In this document: piece by piece, positions 1 to 12,749 of the stretch
Position numbering within the stretch: the stretch's first letter is position 1
Layout: every line of letters starts with the position of its first letter
DNA from: Octopus bimaculoides
Taxonomy: Eukaryota
Direction: 5' to 3'
Length of the DNA: 55,724 bases
Assembly: GCF_001194135.2 (NCBI RefSeq)
Contig: NC_068986.1
Coordinates: 43,587,272-43,642,995, forward strand
Program-made: the position numbers and the translations under genes
Notes under the pieces: generated by a model
Told to the model about the DNA's origin: nothing
The model's input: only the letters and a program-made list of their open reading frames with translations
The model's database searches: none

Positions 1-118
1 ATATATATATATATATATATATAAACCTAAGAAAGGGAATATTTTATTACAATCCTGACTGTTTTACACTCGAACTAAACTTAATAAAACCAGTCGTATA
101 TTTTTGATAATATAAAAA

Positions 119-520
119 GCGCAGGTGTAACTGTGTGGTAAGGAGCTTGCTTTCCTAGAACATGCTTCCGGGTTTAGTACCACTGTGTAGCAGCTTGTGC
201 GAGTGTCTACTATAGCTTCGAGCCGACCAAAGCCTTGTTAGTGGATATTGTAGACGGAAACTGAAAGAAGCCCGTTCTATGTGTGCGGTGGGGTGTCTTT
301 GTGTCTCTGTTAGTGCCTCCACCACCGCTTTACAACTGGTATTGATGTGTTTACGTACTGAACGTAGAGGTTCAGCAAAACTAACTGATAGAATAAGTAC
401 CAGGCTTAACAAAAGATAAGCACTGGGTTCGTTTCATTCGACTAAATATTCTTCAAGGCGCTGCCCCTGCATGGCCACAGTCAAATGACTGAAACAAGAA
501 AAAGATATAAATAGAAGATA
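119..520 (+). mobile_element. tRNA-derived SINE, family A (tRNA-like head, CORE-like segment, GT-rich middle, 3' tail ending gactgaaacaag + A-rich)
   Basis: Head gcgcaggtgtaactgtgtggtaaggagcttgct, body ccgaccaaagccttg...gtagacggaaactgaaagaagcccg and tail gatagaataagtaccaggctt...cagtcaaatgactgaaacaag recur at 2748, 6916, 31465, 48489 and 52245 in this window. Confidence 0.85.
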
Positions 521-1689
521 ATACTTTTTTATGTCCACTTTACTTCTTTTGCAACTCTCAAACACCAGGATTTAATCATATAGGTGCAATTTGCTCGTAA
601 AGCTCAGAAAAATAAATACTCACTTTGTTGTTAATAGTTTCTACTTAACATCAATGTACTACTTATACTCTGATCAAGGAGCCAATTCATTAAAAACTTG
701 AATATTAATTTTATGTAACTAATTCAAATTTGTTGATATTCTTAATATTCTATGTATTCTATAATAAGCTTCTATTATAGTTTGGGCTCTTAATTTCTTC
801 TGATGTCAAAAGTGTGGTTGGGTTCATATTCTAAAGGAACTTCAAACAAAACAGTTCAAGTGTAATGATATAAAAGGCTGCTAGTATCTTTAGTAGTAGT
901 AACTACTTTATTTTACAGCTCGTAAATCTAAATGTGTGATACATATGTGGTAATTTATATTTCAAACAGTTAGTATTGTCTTGCAAAAGCATTTAATTCT
1001 TTAAAGTTTGGAATATGTCCTAAGGTCATTGCTTATTTTAGATTTCTTAAACAGCAAATATTATTCAGCTGAACAACTCAGATAAACATTTTAAGAGCAA
1101 TTAAAAGACAGATATTAAATCAACCCTGCTGGGAAATAGATCCTGATATTTTGTAATATGTCTTTAAATACACAATTTAGGAAATCATTTGTCTGTTGCT
1201 CTATTTTTAATTACTGCTAGAAATAGACAGACAATGTTTGCAATTAAGTTGTGAAGGAAAAGCCAGACATCTCTCTATTACAGCTTGAAACTCTCAAAGA
1301 GACGGAATTTGTACTAAATAACTTAAAACCTATTTTGAACCTCTTGTGAACCAATTATACATATTATACGACAAACATTCAGACTAATTTTGTTAGATAT
1401 TTGGCTATATTAATATCGAGTACCAATAACAACATTATATCTCACACTTTAAAAATATGTGTGTGTGCGTGTGTGAGTCTGTGTGTCTGTTTGATGGTCA
1501 ATACTATGAGTTATCACATTCACACAATGTCACGAATGGTAGAAGAGCAAGCAGAAGTGTGAAATATTAAATTGGCTCTGCATTATATGAATGATAATAA
1601 TTTTATCAGCCCTGTAGCTGTTAAAGAAAAATAAATAAATAAAACAAATCTAAATAGCATCTTATTTGAAGTGTAGGGTAAAATAATTT

Positions 1690-1990
1690 TTGGAAGGTGA
1701 CAAGTTGATTACATCGACTTCAGTTATTGAATGGTACTTCATTTTATTGACACTGAAAACATGTGAGACAAAGTCGGCCTGGGAAAGATTAGAATGAAAA
1801 GATGAAAAGAATAAATTTTAGTTTCTAACGCAAGCACAAGGTAGAAATTTTAGGGGGAAAAGGGGGTCAGTTCTATCGCCTCTAGGTATTGACGAGTACT
1901 TTATTTTCGCAAACCCAGAACAAAATCAACCTGAAGGATATTTGAACTCAAAGCGTAAAAGGTAATAATACCGCAAAGGATTTTCCTCCA
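1690..1990 (-). mobile_element. Two degraded SINE family B fragments
   Basis: gattacatcgac...tggtacttcattttattgac...caaagtcggcct and tttgaactcaaagcgtaaa resemble the minus-strand family B copy at 31059-31289. Confidence 0.5.
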
Positions 1991-2057
1991 TCACCTTATC
2001 TATTTCATCAAGCCACCATCTCAGTAATGCATTACTGAATATAATACGTATATCACT

Positions 2058-2385
2058 GGTAAAGACTCCTTTCGGTCATGAATGACCATTGGATTGTACC
2101 TAGAAAGTTACCCTCCGAAGCACAAGTCCGGACAAGGTTGTTTATAGAAGACTAGCAGTCGCCCATGCGTACCAGCCTCCTCTCTCTACGCCACCGAAGC
2201 TATTGAAGGGAAAGGCAAAGACCGATACAGCATGGCACCAGTGACGTCACAGCTCATGTCTACAGCAGAGTGAACTGAAGCAACGTGAAATAACGTGTCT
2301 TGCTCAAGATCACAACACACATTCTTGTCTGGGAATTGAACTTACTACTTAATGACTGTGATCCCAACGCTGTAACCACTGATCT
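2058..2385 (-). mobile_element. tRNA-derived CORE-type SINE, family C
   Basis: Reverse tRNA-like head (ggaattgaac...taaccactga) and CORE-like gcaacgtgaaataacgtgtcttgctcaagatcacaacac; the body is the reverse complement of 32928-33192. Confidence 0.8.
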
Positions 2386-2747
2386 ATGGTAACACTCAAA
2401 TTATGATTATTGTTATACAAACAAAAAAGTTACAATAATGATTCAGTGTTGACTTAATTATTTTCGACAAATGATTTGCTTTCATTAAAAATAAATCTAT
2501 TGTTTCAAGTTTACAAAATATCGTGAACGCAAATTTTTAAGTAGAAACAAAATATAAAGGGAATCTTTTCTGTACTTCCATTTGTAAATCTTTAAACTTT
2601 AACTTATTAATGTATTTACATGTTAACAAGAAAAGAATACTGAATACAAGAAAGAAGGTTTAGACATGGATTGCAAATACCCAGCTGAAATAAAGGAAAA
2701 CTGAGATTACCTGTAGATGAAGAAATAATCTTGAAATGTTAAATACA

Positions 2748-3078
2748 GGTGCAGGTGTGGTTGTGTGATAAGAAGTTTGATTCTGGATTCAATCCCACTG
2801 CGTGACACCTTGGGCTAGTGTCTTCTACCATAGCCTCATGCCGACCAAAGCCTTGTGAGTGAATTTGGTAGACGCAAATTGAAAGCAGCCCGTCGTATAT
2901 GCATGTATGTGCGTGTGTCTGTCTGTATTTGTGTTTGTCCCCCATCACCACTTAACAACTGGTGTTGGTTTGTTAACGTCCCCGTAACCAGGCTTTTAAA
3001 AAATAAGTTTTGAGGTCGATTTATTCGACTATAACCTTTCTAGTGGCCGCAATCAAACGACTGAGACAAGTCAAAAGT
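2748..3078 (+). mobile_element. SINE family A, with internal deletions
   Basis: Homologous to 119-520 (ccgaccaaagccttgtgagtgaatttggtagacg; tail acgactgagacaag). Confidence 0.85.
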
Positions 3079-4721
3079 AGGCAATATTGTTTGAAAAGCG
3101 AATATTAATCTTTGGACGTACAACTCACCCTAACTCATACTTTGAATTTGTAATCTTCTGAAAATAAAATATATCAATACAAAGGTTCCACAATGTTGCC
3201 AAGAAGAGTTTCCTAATTTATATAATTCGAAGAATACATTGCATGTCATTCATTGCATGACATCTGGTGCTCTTTTCCATATTTTTAGTCTCATGATAGA
3301 ATTACTCAAACGTTCCTTGTTAGAATTTAACTGGCATTTTTCAGATTTCTTATAAAGAACATTTAATTTTCATTTTACTTGTAATATACTTATTTATGAC
3401 AGATTTATTTCCCATCTTACTAAGAATTCACAGAGAGAATCATTTTATGTATTAAAGGAAAAGTGTGAAGATTCAGTGAATATCAGTGAATATCGGTGTG
3501 ACGATTCAGTGAATATCGGTGCAGAATGTAATACGAAAGTAGAAATTAATGTTTGAGGATATTATTTCAAACAGAAATGAACCTTACACTCACAAATATT
3601 CAATTTGCAATTTATGAGAATTGAAGGAGTTTTTTTCGTTCCCGCAGAATTGATCAATTTAAAATTATTATTAAAACGTTTTTTGTTTGTTTGTTTTTTT
3701 CTTCTTTTTGTTGAGAAGAAATTTACGTGAAAATCCTCAACAATATCGACGATTATTCTCGGAACGGATTGCTTTGAAAAGCATAAATGACATATATTGT
3801 TTATCATTTGACATAGAAAATAAAATGTCAATACAGTCGAGAATTTTAGAACTGACTATATTTAGTATTTGTAAGGTGAATCGTCAGACAATGTTTTTCG
3901 ATTGAATGAACAAATCAGGCTTAAAGCCTTCAAAACTATGCTAAATACAAAGAGAAAAAGAGAGAGAAACACAAGCAATGCAACACAAGCAATGGAATAT
4001 GAAAATTTGACTGACGCAACGTTGCAGGAAAATGATAATTTTTGATAACTTATAATACGTTCAGAGTGAATCAATCAAATATAATTTTTTTTAACCATTT
4101 CGTTTGTTTTCTTGTACACGAAACCAGCAGTTCATCGTTAATACAAATTTTACAGGATTATTCGAAATATATTATCACTGATATAAACTTCAAGTACCTA
4201 TTAGCTATATTAATATTATTGTCTTAAAAATTGGAGCATCATTATTACAAATTTCATTCAAATATATTTTAGGCTATATATAAGATTAGAAAACAGTAGT
4301 CAAATAAGATTTAACTCGATGTTAAAGATAAAAAGAAAAAGAAATCAAATATGCATATACTACTAACTAGATTATAAAACTAGGCTTCACAAAGCTAAAA
4401 AGAACACAGCTAGTTAAGAAGTGTTATTCTCAAGATATTAATGGAACTGTGAAAATATGTAAAACATTCCTAATGTATAACCTGCAGTAGGTACATGTAA
4501 AAAAAATATAGACATGCAAACATAGGTATCGTATGGTCAAAACTTACAGATCCACATATGCAATGAATTTTCTGGATATACACGTGACTACATGACTACG
4601 TAATTAATGTTACTGGCTTGGAAACTGATTTATTTTCTATTGGTGATAGAAAATAGATGATGCTTCCTTTGCTTCCTTTGTTCTTTGAACTTGTTATATT
4701 TACTTATATTTTGGGAAATTG

Positions 4722-4768
<47 letters not shown>

Positions 4769-4929
4769 GCAAAAGAGGAATGTTTTTTGCATACATATAT
4801 ATATGCGTATATTATATTGTGTATATGTTTCTGAAATGGCATTAAAGAATCCCGATAAAATAGCATAGAACTGCAAATCGTATGCTACGGTTGTATGTTG
4901 CCAACGAGAATCCTTTTAACACGATGAAA

Positions 4930-5530
4930 TTAATTGTTGCTTACATAATGAAGGTTTATGTACCAATGTGGTTCACAATTAAACGCAACTCGTCCTCTGA
5001 AAATGAGACTAAATGTACTCAAGGCGATTGAGTCTTCGAGAGAAATGGATCAAGCGGTACAAGACATTGTATTTCCAGTTATACAACAACATGCTTTCTT
5101 TGTGCCCCCAGAAAATATTTTACTGGACTTAATAAACGATGAACGAAGCAACATTCGAGATCTAGCATGGAAACGCATAAAGCAGGCTCGAACACAGTAT
5201 AAAGGGAAATCTGTGCGACCTTTCAAAATTCCTACCCTAAACTTTGCTGCCTCAAACTACATAGACATGACTAACTGGCAGGACACTATTGTTACTGAAC
5301 CAACTCTAAAACAGGCATTTTCCCCATGAAGAAATTGATACCTTCATTCAACAGCGGCATTTGATGCAACTGGAAAAATTACTGTGCCACACCCAAGCTG
5401 TGGCGAGATGTGTAAAACTCGTGACAGAAGCATCATGTAATGTTTGTGGTGAAAACAGTCGAGACGGTTTCATTGGGAGTCGAATCGAATCAAGAGAAAA
5501 AATTCCGGTGTTCGAAGCAAAAATAAGGCC
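4930..5530 (+). pseudogene. hAT-related (hATm / 'cc8K15.2-like') transposase C-terminal relic
   Basis: ORF 4958-5329 (HAFFVPPENILLDLINDER...FKIPTLNFAASNYIDMTNW), then a frameshifted segment reading CHTQAV-RCVKLVTEASCNVCGENSRDGFI; the motif pattern is typical of this transposase group. The subgroup name is from memory. Confidence 0.7.
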
Positions 5531-6282
5531 TTCAGATTGAAAGGTAATACAGCAATAACCAATTAGAATTATTTCGTTTTAGCTATTTTGAACATAAGAA
5601 ACATTATGTCGTTTTAGGAATTTTCAAAACAACAAATTTTTGACTGTTCCATTCTTTATTTGAGAGTGAGATGCTAATTCATATCTACGAAAAAAAAACA
5701 ATTGGCTTTATTACTAGAACGAAAAAGAATGCACTACAACGAATCGTATTATTTAGTTACATGGAATTATTTTGAATAAATTGGAAATGTTAATTATTTT
5801 TATCACCAAAATGTGTCAAGAATCAAAAATTGGTTTACGCGCAATTTTATTTTAATGTGTGTGTAATCTAGACCTCATGTAATACATATATTCGGCGACC
5901 TAGTACCAAAATTAATAAAGAAGACAAAGCCGAAAAGTCTATTTATTTTACATAATTTCGAAATTTTAAGTACTTTGCAGAGTCTAAAGATATAACGCTT
6001 AGAGCATGAGATTTTAACACTCTTGTTTTAAAGAATTTTACAAAGGAAATTTGATTCATAATACTAAATATACAAAATAAAATGAGGAAAAGCAAATATG
6101 TTATAAATTGATTTTTCGCTCATTACTCAAAATTTAAAGTGGGCTGCGGAATCTGAAATGTAAGTTTAAGAACTTCAGATTTAAAACACAGTTGTTGTTA
6201 CATGATTTCGCAGTAAAAAATATATGCCTAAACACATACTTTGAAACTCTGTGTACAAAATGCCCTTTTCACTCCACGCTAA

Positions 6283-6310
6283 TACATACATACATACATA
6301 CATACATACA

Positions 6311-6346
<36 letters not shown>

Positions 6347-6348
6347 TG
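6283..6348. repeat. (ACAT)n microsatellite
   Basis: Directly visible. Confidence 0.95.
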
Positions 6349-6449
6349 TTTTCTTCTCTTACTCTTGTTTTTTGCAAACATCTTCAAAATGACTTTCTAA
6401 AATGAAATTCCATTATGCAGCTGAGGAGTACATTTTCATTGTATTTTCT

Positions 6450-6657
6450 GTCGTGTTCTCACTACATGAATAAATGGAGCTTGTACGAAACGTATGTACT
6501 GCTATAACCTATTGAATTTTTGTTGCTTATCTTCAAATTTTATTCACCATATCTCTTGATTTTGTTTTTGGTTTTTATCCTACCAAATTCTGGTGCCTCA
6601 AACATTTTAAGTACCACATTTAATCTTTTGATTAAATCTATATTATTATTATTATTA
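6450..6657 (-). pseudogene. Possible N-terminal remnant of a Penelope-like ORF
   Basis: Minus frame reads NNNNIDLIKRLNVVLKMFEAPEFGRIK after an (AAT)n run; it resembles PLE ORF starts as I recall them. No RT motif is visible. Confidence 0.3.
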
Positions 6658-6827
6658 NNNNNNNNNNNNNNNNNNNNNNNNNNNNNNNNNNNNNNNNNNN
6701 NNNNNNNNNNNNNNNNNNNNNNNNNNNNNNNNNNNNNNNNNNNNNNNNNNNNNNNNNNNNNNNNNNNNNNNNNNNNNNNNNNNNNNNNNNNNNNNNNNNN
6801 NNNNNNNNNNNNNNNNNNNNNNNNNNN

Positions 6828-6869
<42 letters not shown>

Positions 6870-6915
6870 GCATACATACATACATATACATATATAAGGT
6901 TGTGTAGTAAGAATA

Positions 6916-7190
6916 GGCGCAGGAGAGGCTGTGTGGTAAGAAGCTTGCTTCTCAACCACATGCTGTGTGAGTGTGTATTTGTGTGTCTGTATTTGTCCCA
7001 CCCCTCCACTTGACAACTGATGCTGGTGTGTTTACGTCCCCGTAACCTAGCGGTTCGGCAAATGGTCACGGACTGATAGAATAAATACTAGGCTTACAAA
7101 GAATAAGTCCTGCGGTCGATTTGTTCGACTAATGGTGGTGCTCCAGCACGACTACAGTCAAATGGCTGAAACAAGTAAAGAATAAAAGAA
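6916..7190 (+). mobile_element. SINE family A, head joined to tail by an internal deletion
   Basis: ggcgcaggagaggctgtgtggtaagaagcttgcttctcaaccacatg is fused directly to the tail cgtccccgtaacctagcggttcggcaaa...gctgaaacaagtaaagaataaaaga. Confidence 0.85.
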
Positions 7191-7814
7191 TATATATATA
7201 TATATATATATATAAGCGGATATCAAATTATTGGGCCCATCACAAATATGTTGCTAACTTCTGGATATCAGTGACAAAAATAAACTGTCCCATTGTCAAC
7301 AGCTTATCACACCCTATTGGTTGAATTAACAGCAATTCAAAATATGTAAGAAATAAGAAAATGAGTTATCTTATCGTAACCATTTTTTCCGGTACTTATT
7401 ATATGATACTCATTCTGTAAATTGGCTTAAAATCTTTCAGGTGATTATGTTGTTCTACTTGCAGTCACTTGGACTATGATTGAATGAGAGATTTCGAGTC
7501 ATTTTATGGCTTCCTTATATTTTATTTTAAATTATCTTATTTCGACTGAAAGCCATACTATACTTTCAACTTCTCGAATATTCTTCTGCTAGAAGCATAC
7601 GCTGTGCCACTACATTTTAATGTAATTTAATAGTATAACAAGCGCGTTATACAAGATATGTACATATACAAGGCGTTTTAAGAGACGACTTTGATACGCT
7701 CAGCTAGTTATCAAACGTAGCGTACGAAATTACCCATATTACTTCCTTTGACGTTGTGAATCTGTACTGACTATGGAATCGAAGCTATCAAATACTGGCT
7801 TATAACTACCAGCA

Positions 7815-7955
7815 GAATTCCGTCAACTAAATTTCAATCATAAGGCACTGGGCAACCGAAACGTATGGTAGAAATCACCTGCACAAGGTATTTCACAGTG
7901 AAATCGAACCCGGAACCACGTGATTTCAAACTTTCTTTCTTAATTTCATAGCCAT
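7815..7955 (-). mobile_element. Old SINE family A head fragment
   Basis: Diverged reverse complement of the family A head (gaaatcgaacccggaaccacgtg; cacaaggt; taaggcactgggcaacc). Confidence 0.55.
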
Positions 7956-10720
7956 TTCTTAGGATTTCTACTTATTGCTTCTGAACTGTATTGCTACCAA
8001 CATCGTGCCAGGAAAAGCCATTAACGTATTATGCAATATGATAAACCGCTTGTGAGAAGTTTCTCATCTCACATTAATGAAATTAAAATATTTATTTGCA
8101 AAGAAAGAAATCTCATTAATTACCAATGACTTTCTTGATCTTAATGACATATATTCCATTTTAAAATATACTGAAATTTGTGGAGCTAAGAATTTTGATA
8201 TGCTTCAGGTAAATTTCATTATTCGTGTTTAATGATTCAATAAATATTTGGAACATCATATAATTTTAGACATGAAACTGTATATATGTCAGTGTCATAA
8301 ATTGTTCCAATCTAAAAAAAAATCAGATTGATCAAAAAGGTGTCAGCTACATCTTAATATGAAAAGAAAAATTGTGAACTTCATAGTAAGACAATATGAC
8401 CTTGTGTCATTTGGGCCAAAATAACTAAGGTAAAGAAATACTGAATCACTACCACCATATTCCATGTTTAAATTTCATAACTTCTTAAACAAACAATCAA
8501 AGAAACACATTTCATACAATTGTCATGTACTTTCTTTGTTCACTTAACAGATTAGTGCATGCAGATACATAGCTGATATAAACGCATGTAGGTGGTATGA
8601 ACAAATTACATAATAATAATAATAATTATTATTATTACTAAACAATAAGGAACAAATTATTATATAATTACTCACACTCTAAGGCAATGAAACATTCAGA
8701 AAGTGGATGATGTTCATGTTTCTTTAGACCCGTTTCTTTATGTGATCGCTACCCAAAGAAAATATATGAAATAATTTTGGAAAGATCGTAAACTTCAGTT
8801 TATGATCATATACTGAAGTCTTTATTTCGTGAACATATTTATTATAATTTTTAGTTTCATTATATTGAACACACCGACCAGTTTAATACTAGCCCCAGAC
8901 TCTAAAGTGTCATTAGCATAGATCAGCTTTACTAGAACTTATACAGATCCACTGTTGGAGAATAACACCTCTCTGCTGATATTTTCACTGAATTTTCCTT
9001 TATACGGAGTCATTCTTTGTCACCAGTTACAGATAGAAAAGATTTCTCAATGGAGAAATGTGGGTCTGCAGCAAATGTCTCGAGTGGATACTCTTTCAGG
9101 AGGCATATAATGTTTCTTCGGTTAGATACCTGTGCCCCTTCTTTTCAAGAACACTACAGAAAATCAAATACAACTGTCCATTTCACTCGACGATTTAAAT
9201 GTATCATATGAAATATACTAGTTCCAAAAAATAACTCTATTATATTCTAAGCACACAAAATACATAGTAAAGAAAAACACTATCCAGATTCTCGTAGCTA
9301 GCATATTTGGACTCAAAAAGAAAATAATTGTAACCTTCGAGAAATACTCCAGATTAGTCAGGGTCTAAACCTCTAACAGAGACTTGAATTTCTTCAAAAC
9401 AAACTCCAATAAAATACAAGAGCACACCTCGATGTACTTTGCATTATAATGGACCATCTACAAAATGAAATACAAAAGCTGAAAATGAGAAATCATCTGG
9501 ATATACAACGGTACAGTTTGTTGCTATAACAAACCTCAAACCTGATAGTCCACACCGTTATGTGCAAAATAGCTCCAAATACATGGGCTCATCTACATCA
9601 CTCCTAAAACACTAATCCCCTTTATTGGATGTCGATAAATATATTAAAAAATCACATCACAGTGAATAGCTGCAGCGTCAATATTCTCTTCATTGCCGAG
9701 CATTTCCCCACTATGCAGTAACAAAGCAGAGGAACGGCAAACACTGCACTCAAACGTTATTAATATTGATCGCTTATGATGTAGCTAGAGGCTGTACAGT
9801 GGAGTTAGCAGAACGTGTCCAGATTGCATAACTGTACCTGTACGATTAAACACTCACTGCATCTCGGAGTTACGTGGTATACTCACCAACCAAGTGGAGG
9901 TTTAATATGTCTGGAACAATAATTGGTGAATTGTAGCTTGTCGTTCGGTTAATTAATCATGAGCTTTTTACCGACTGCTCTGCCAGTGCTGGCTTGGGGT
10001 TATAAATATCTGTGATTAATACAATCTATTTATGACCCTCCGCAAAGCTCAAATGAAAACCATAGTGGAACACAGCTCCGGTATCCGTTACGATGCTATT
10101 TATATACACGAGCATGGAAGACTGCTTCCGAATGAAAGCCGGTCAATCGATTAGCCAAGATATACCCAGTAACATACATCAACTTCTAGCTCAGAGAAAA
10201 GCAATCTTCTCATTTTTGGCGTTACTTTTTTGGCGTTACTACGTCCCTTTTTTGGCGTTACTACGTCCCTTTTTTGGCGTTACTACGACAGTTTCTATTC
10301 CTTGGAAGTAGCTAGTTGTATTAAAACCCCACCGTAGTTCACTCGAGACACTCATCTCTTTTTTCATCACCCATAATATTTCCACCTACCTCGACATCTC
10401 TCGAGAATGTTAAGGATAGTTAAATTGAATATTAAACTGATTGTGTCCGAAGGCATGTGAATTGGGGGATGGGACGAATCTTCTTCATGATTAAACTATT
10501 TTAACGATACCCTATATAACAAGTAATCTTACCAAAATTGTGGAACAGTTTTATTATCTGAAACTATTTTCCTTAACAAATGGAATTTCTTCCCATTGCA
10601 TTTTAACATATTAGATAAGTGAAGTTTATATTTCTGAGATTTATTTAATGTTGACCACTGCAGCAGTTAGGTAGAACAGAAGTACACGTTCTATATTTAA
10701 GAGATGAAGGAGGAATTATG

Positions 10721-10912
10721 TACATTATTTACATTATTTACATTTGACAGATATTTGTCCCCATCTTGTTTGTTGTTAACACAACGTTTCGGCTGATATA
10801 CCCTCCAGCCTTCATCAGGACACCTGATGATGGCTGGAGAGTATATCAGCCGAAACGTTGTGTTAACAACAAACAATATAAGGAGAACTATCCGTCAAAT
10901 GTAAATAATGTA
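10721..10912. mobile_element. Fold-back (palindromic) Penelope-derived non-autonomous element
   Basis: Arms 10766-10819 and 10823-10876 are reverse complements (54 bp, 2 mismatches, 3-nt loop); pairing extends imperfectly to tacattatttacatttgac / gtcaaatgtaaataatgta. Confidence 0.85.
10819..10864 (+). ncRNA. Minimal type I hammerhead ribozyme motif (PLE type)
   Basis: Stem I GACAC/GTGTT; core CTGATGA (10824-10830) plus one extra nt; stem II GGCTG-10 nt-CAGCC; GAAAC; palindromic ACGT helix III; GUU cleavage triplet at 10857-10859. Confidence 0.8.
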
Positions 10913-12749
10913 AAGAAGTACACGTGTTCAAGACTGAAAATTACGTCAATCTAGCCGACAGCCTTCTTCCAGCCGAAGTAATCTTCTGAATCAAAGTTTT
11001 CGCCATACAGGTTGGAGCCAGAGGAAGAACAGGGCCAAAAGCCGTAAAGGCAACATCAGAGACAGCGGAGAAATGTTCCAGCTGGATCTGGTCGAAGAGG
11101 AACAAAAACTACCTTCTTACCGTTTGAAGTCAATGTGTTTGTTTTAATGCTAAGGGAAGTAACTCTGTGTGAGTCATTGTAATAGTGTTGACGTTTCCCC
11201 ACTACAATGACAACCAACGTTATTTCTTCTTGATATATAAGAATGAAAACTGAGTCAACTGAGAGGAGTAATAACTATATGAAATCTCCAGGTGGTTTAA
11301 ATGCACAAGTTTCTGATATCCAAGTGGCTAAAATGTCTCAGCAGAAAGGCATCCAGGAGCCATGACATAGATGTGTCCCGGTCCCCTTTGAGTGTAAGAA
11401 GTTAAGGGATGAAACACTTGCTAGAGAGGGGTTTCTTCAATGAAGACCTTCTGTTGTTCAGCTCTCTGTTGTTTTTAGTTCTCAAAGAACTTTTTTCCAA
11501 TAAATCCTGGTTAAGACAAGTTGATAAAAAGTAGCCCTTTTCTGTAAATTTATGTTGCTTTTGGTGTTTAGCCCTAAGTGAACCCTTATTGAAAAGACTC
11601 TTTTCTAGCAATGGCTAAACTGTTTTTTTTTATAAGGAACGGCTTAGTCTATATTGTGCTATCGAATGTGTCATTTTTGTAGACAGCATGGTGTAGTTAG
11701 AGTAACATCTAGTTGTTATTTGTAGAAAGTTGACAATCTATAGCTCCCTGATTGACTGGTATTCGTTTCAATAGTTGTAACGATGGATATTTACACAGCA
11801 TCCACCAAAGATGATAATTTTTAATATTTGAAATCACCTTATCTTGTAAGAAGAAAAAACAGAATTGCATCTGAATATGCTGTCATTCTTGTACATATGT
11901 ATTGAATTTGATCGTAACTGCTGAGGAGGAATAAAGACAGCTTTAAAGAGTGTTTTCTCTTTTCGGAGCCGTGACATGATGCAATAGAAATTTATGAAAA
12001 AAAAAATCACTTCTCGACAATTCATTGAACAGTAAAAGAAAATAAGCTACAAAATATGTAAAGCAGATGCATGAAGTAATTATGCTCTTTATTGATTTCC
12101 ACCTCCGGCATATGTGATTAGTTAACTAAAGTTGTTTTCGCTATGAAAGTAGTTGTGCGTTATATATTACTTAACTCATTCCATAGTATGCAGATGTCAA
12201 TCAAAAAGTTGTGCGTTCGATTGTAACTTAAAACTGCAGGATACTGTTTATTACTTTTAGCACAAAAGCGTAATTGCACATATCACCTTTAAAAAATGTG
12301 TTCATACAAATGCAAATTTCAAAGTTGCTTTGATGAAAAATGTATTGACGTACACGCACAGACATTCACGCATCTCCACATTCCTATATGTAGACATACG
12401 ACATATTCTAAGTATTGTTCAGAGACAAAACTCTTTAGATTAATAGCGAGTGGTGCATAAATATGTGTGTGGAGCGGAGGCACACACAATGCCAGGAGGA
12501 AGGTGTTACTTATGATTATAGCAGCTGACACCTCACATCTGGTTATTCGATATTTCTTACCCAGTCTGATAATCGGAAACGTGAAATTACATGTAAGGTG
12601 CCAGCTGTTCTAGTAATGCATACATACATACGTGCATCTATCCATCTATCCGTCCATCCATCCATCCATCCATCCATACATACATACATACATACATACA
12701 TACATACGATTGTATGAATGTATGTACAGTTTGTTGATAGTGGTGTACA

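Noticed and set aside
9290-9480. Possible PLE N-terminal coding remnant (FEKYSRLVRV*TSNRDLNFFK)
   Set aside because: Too short and degenerate to support
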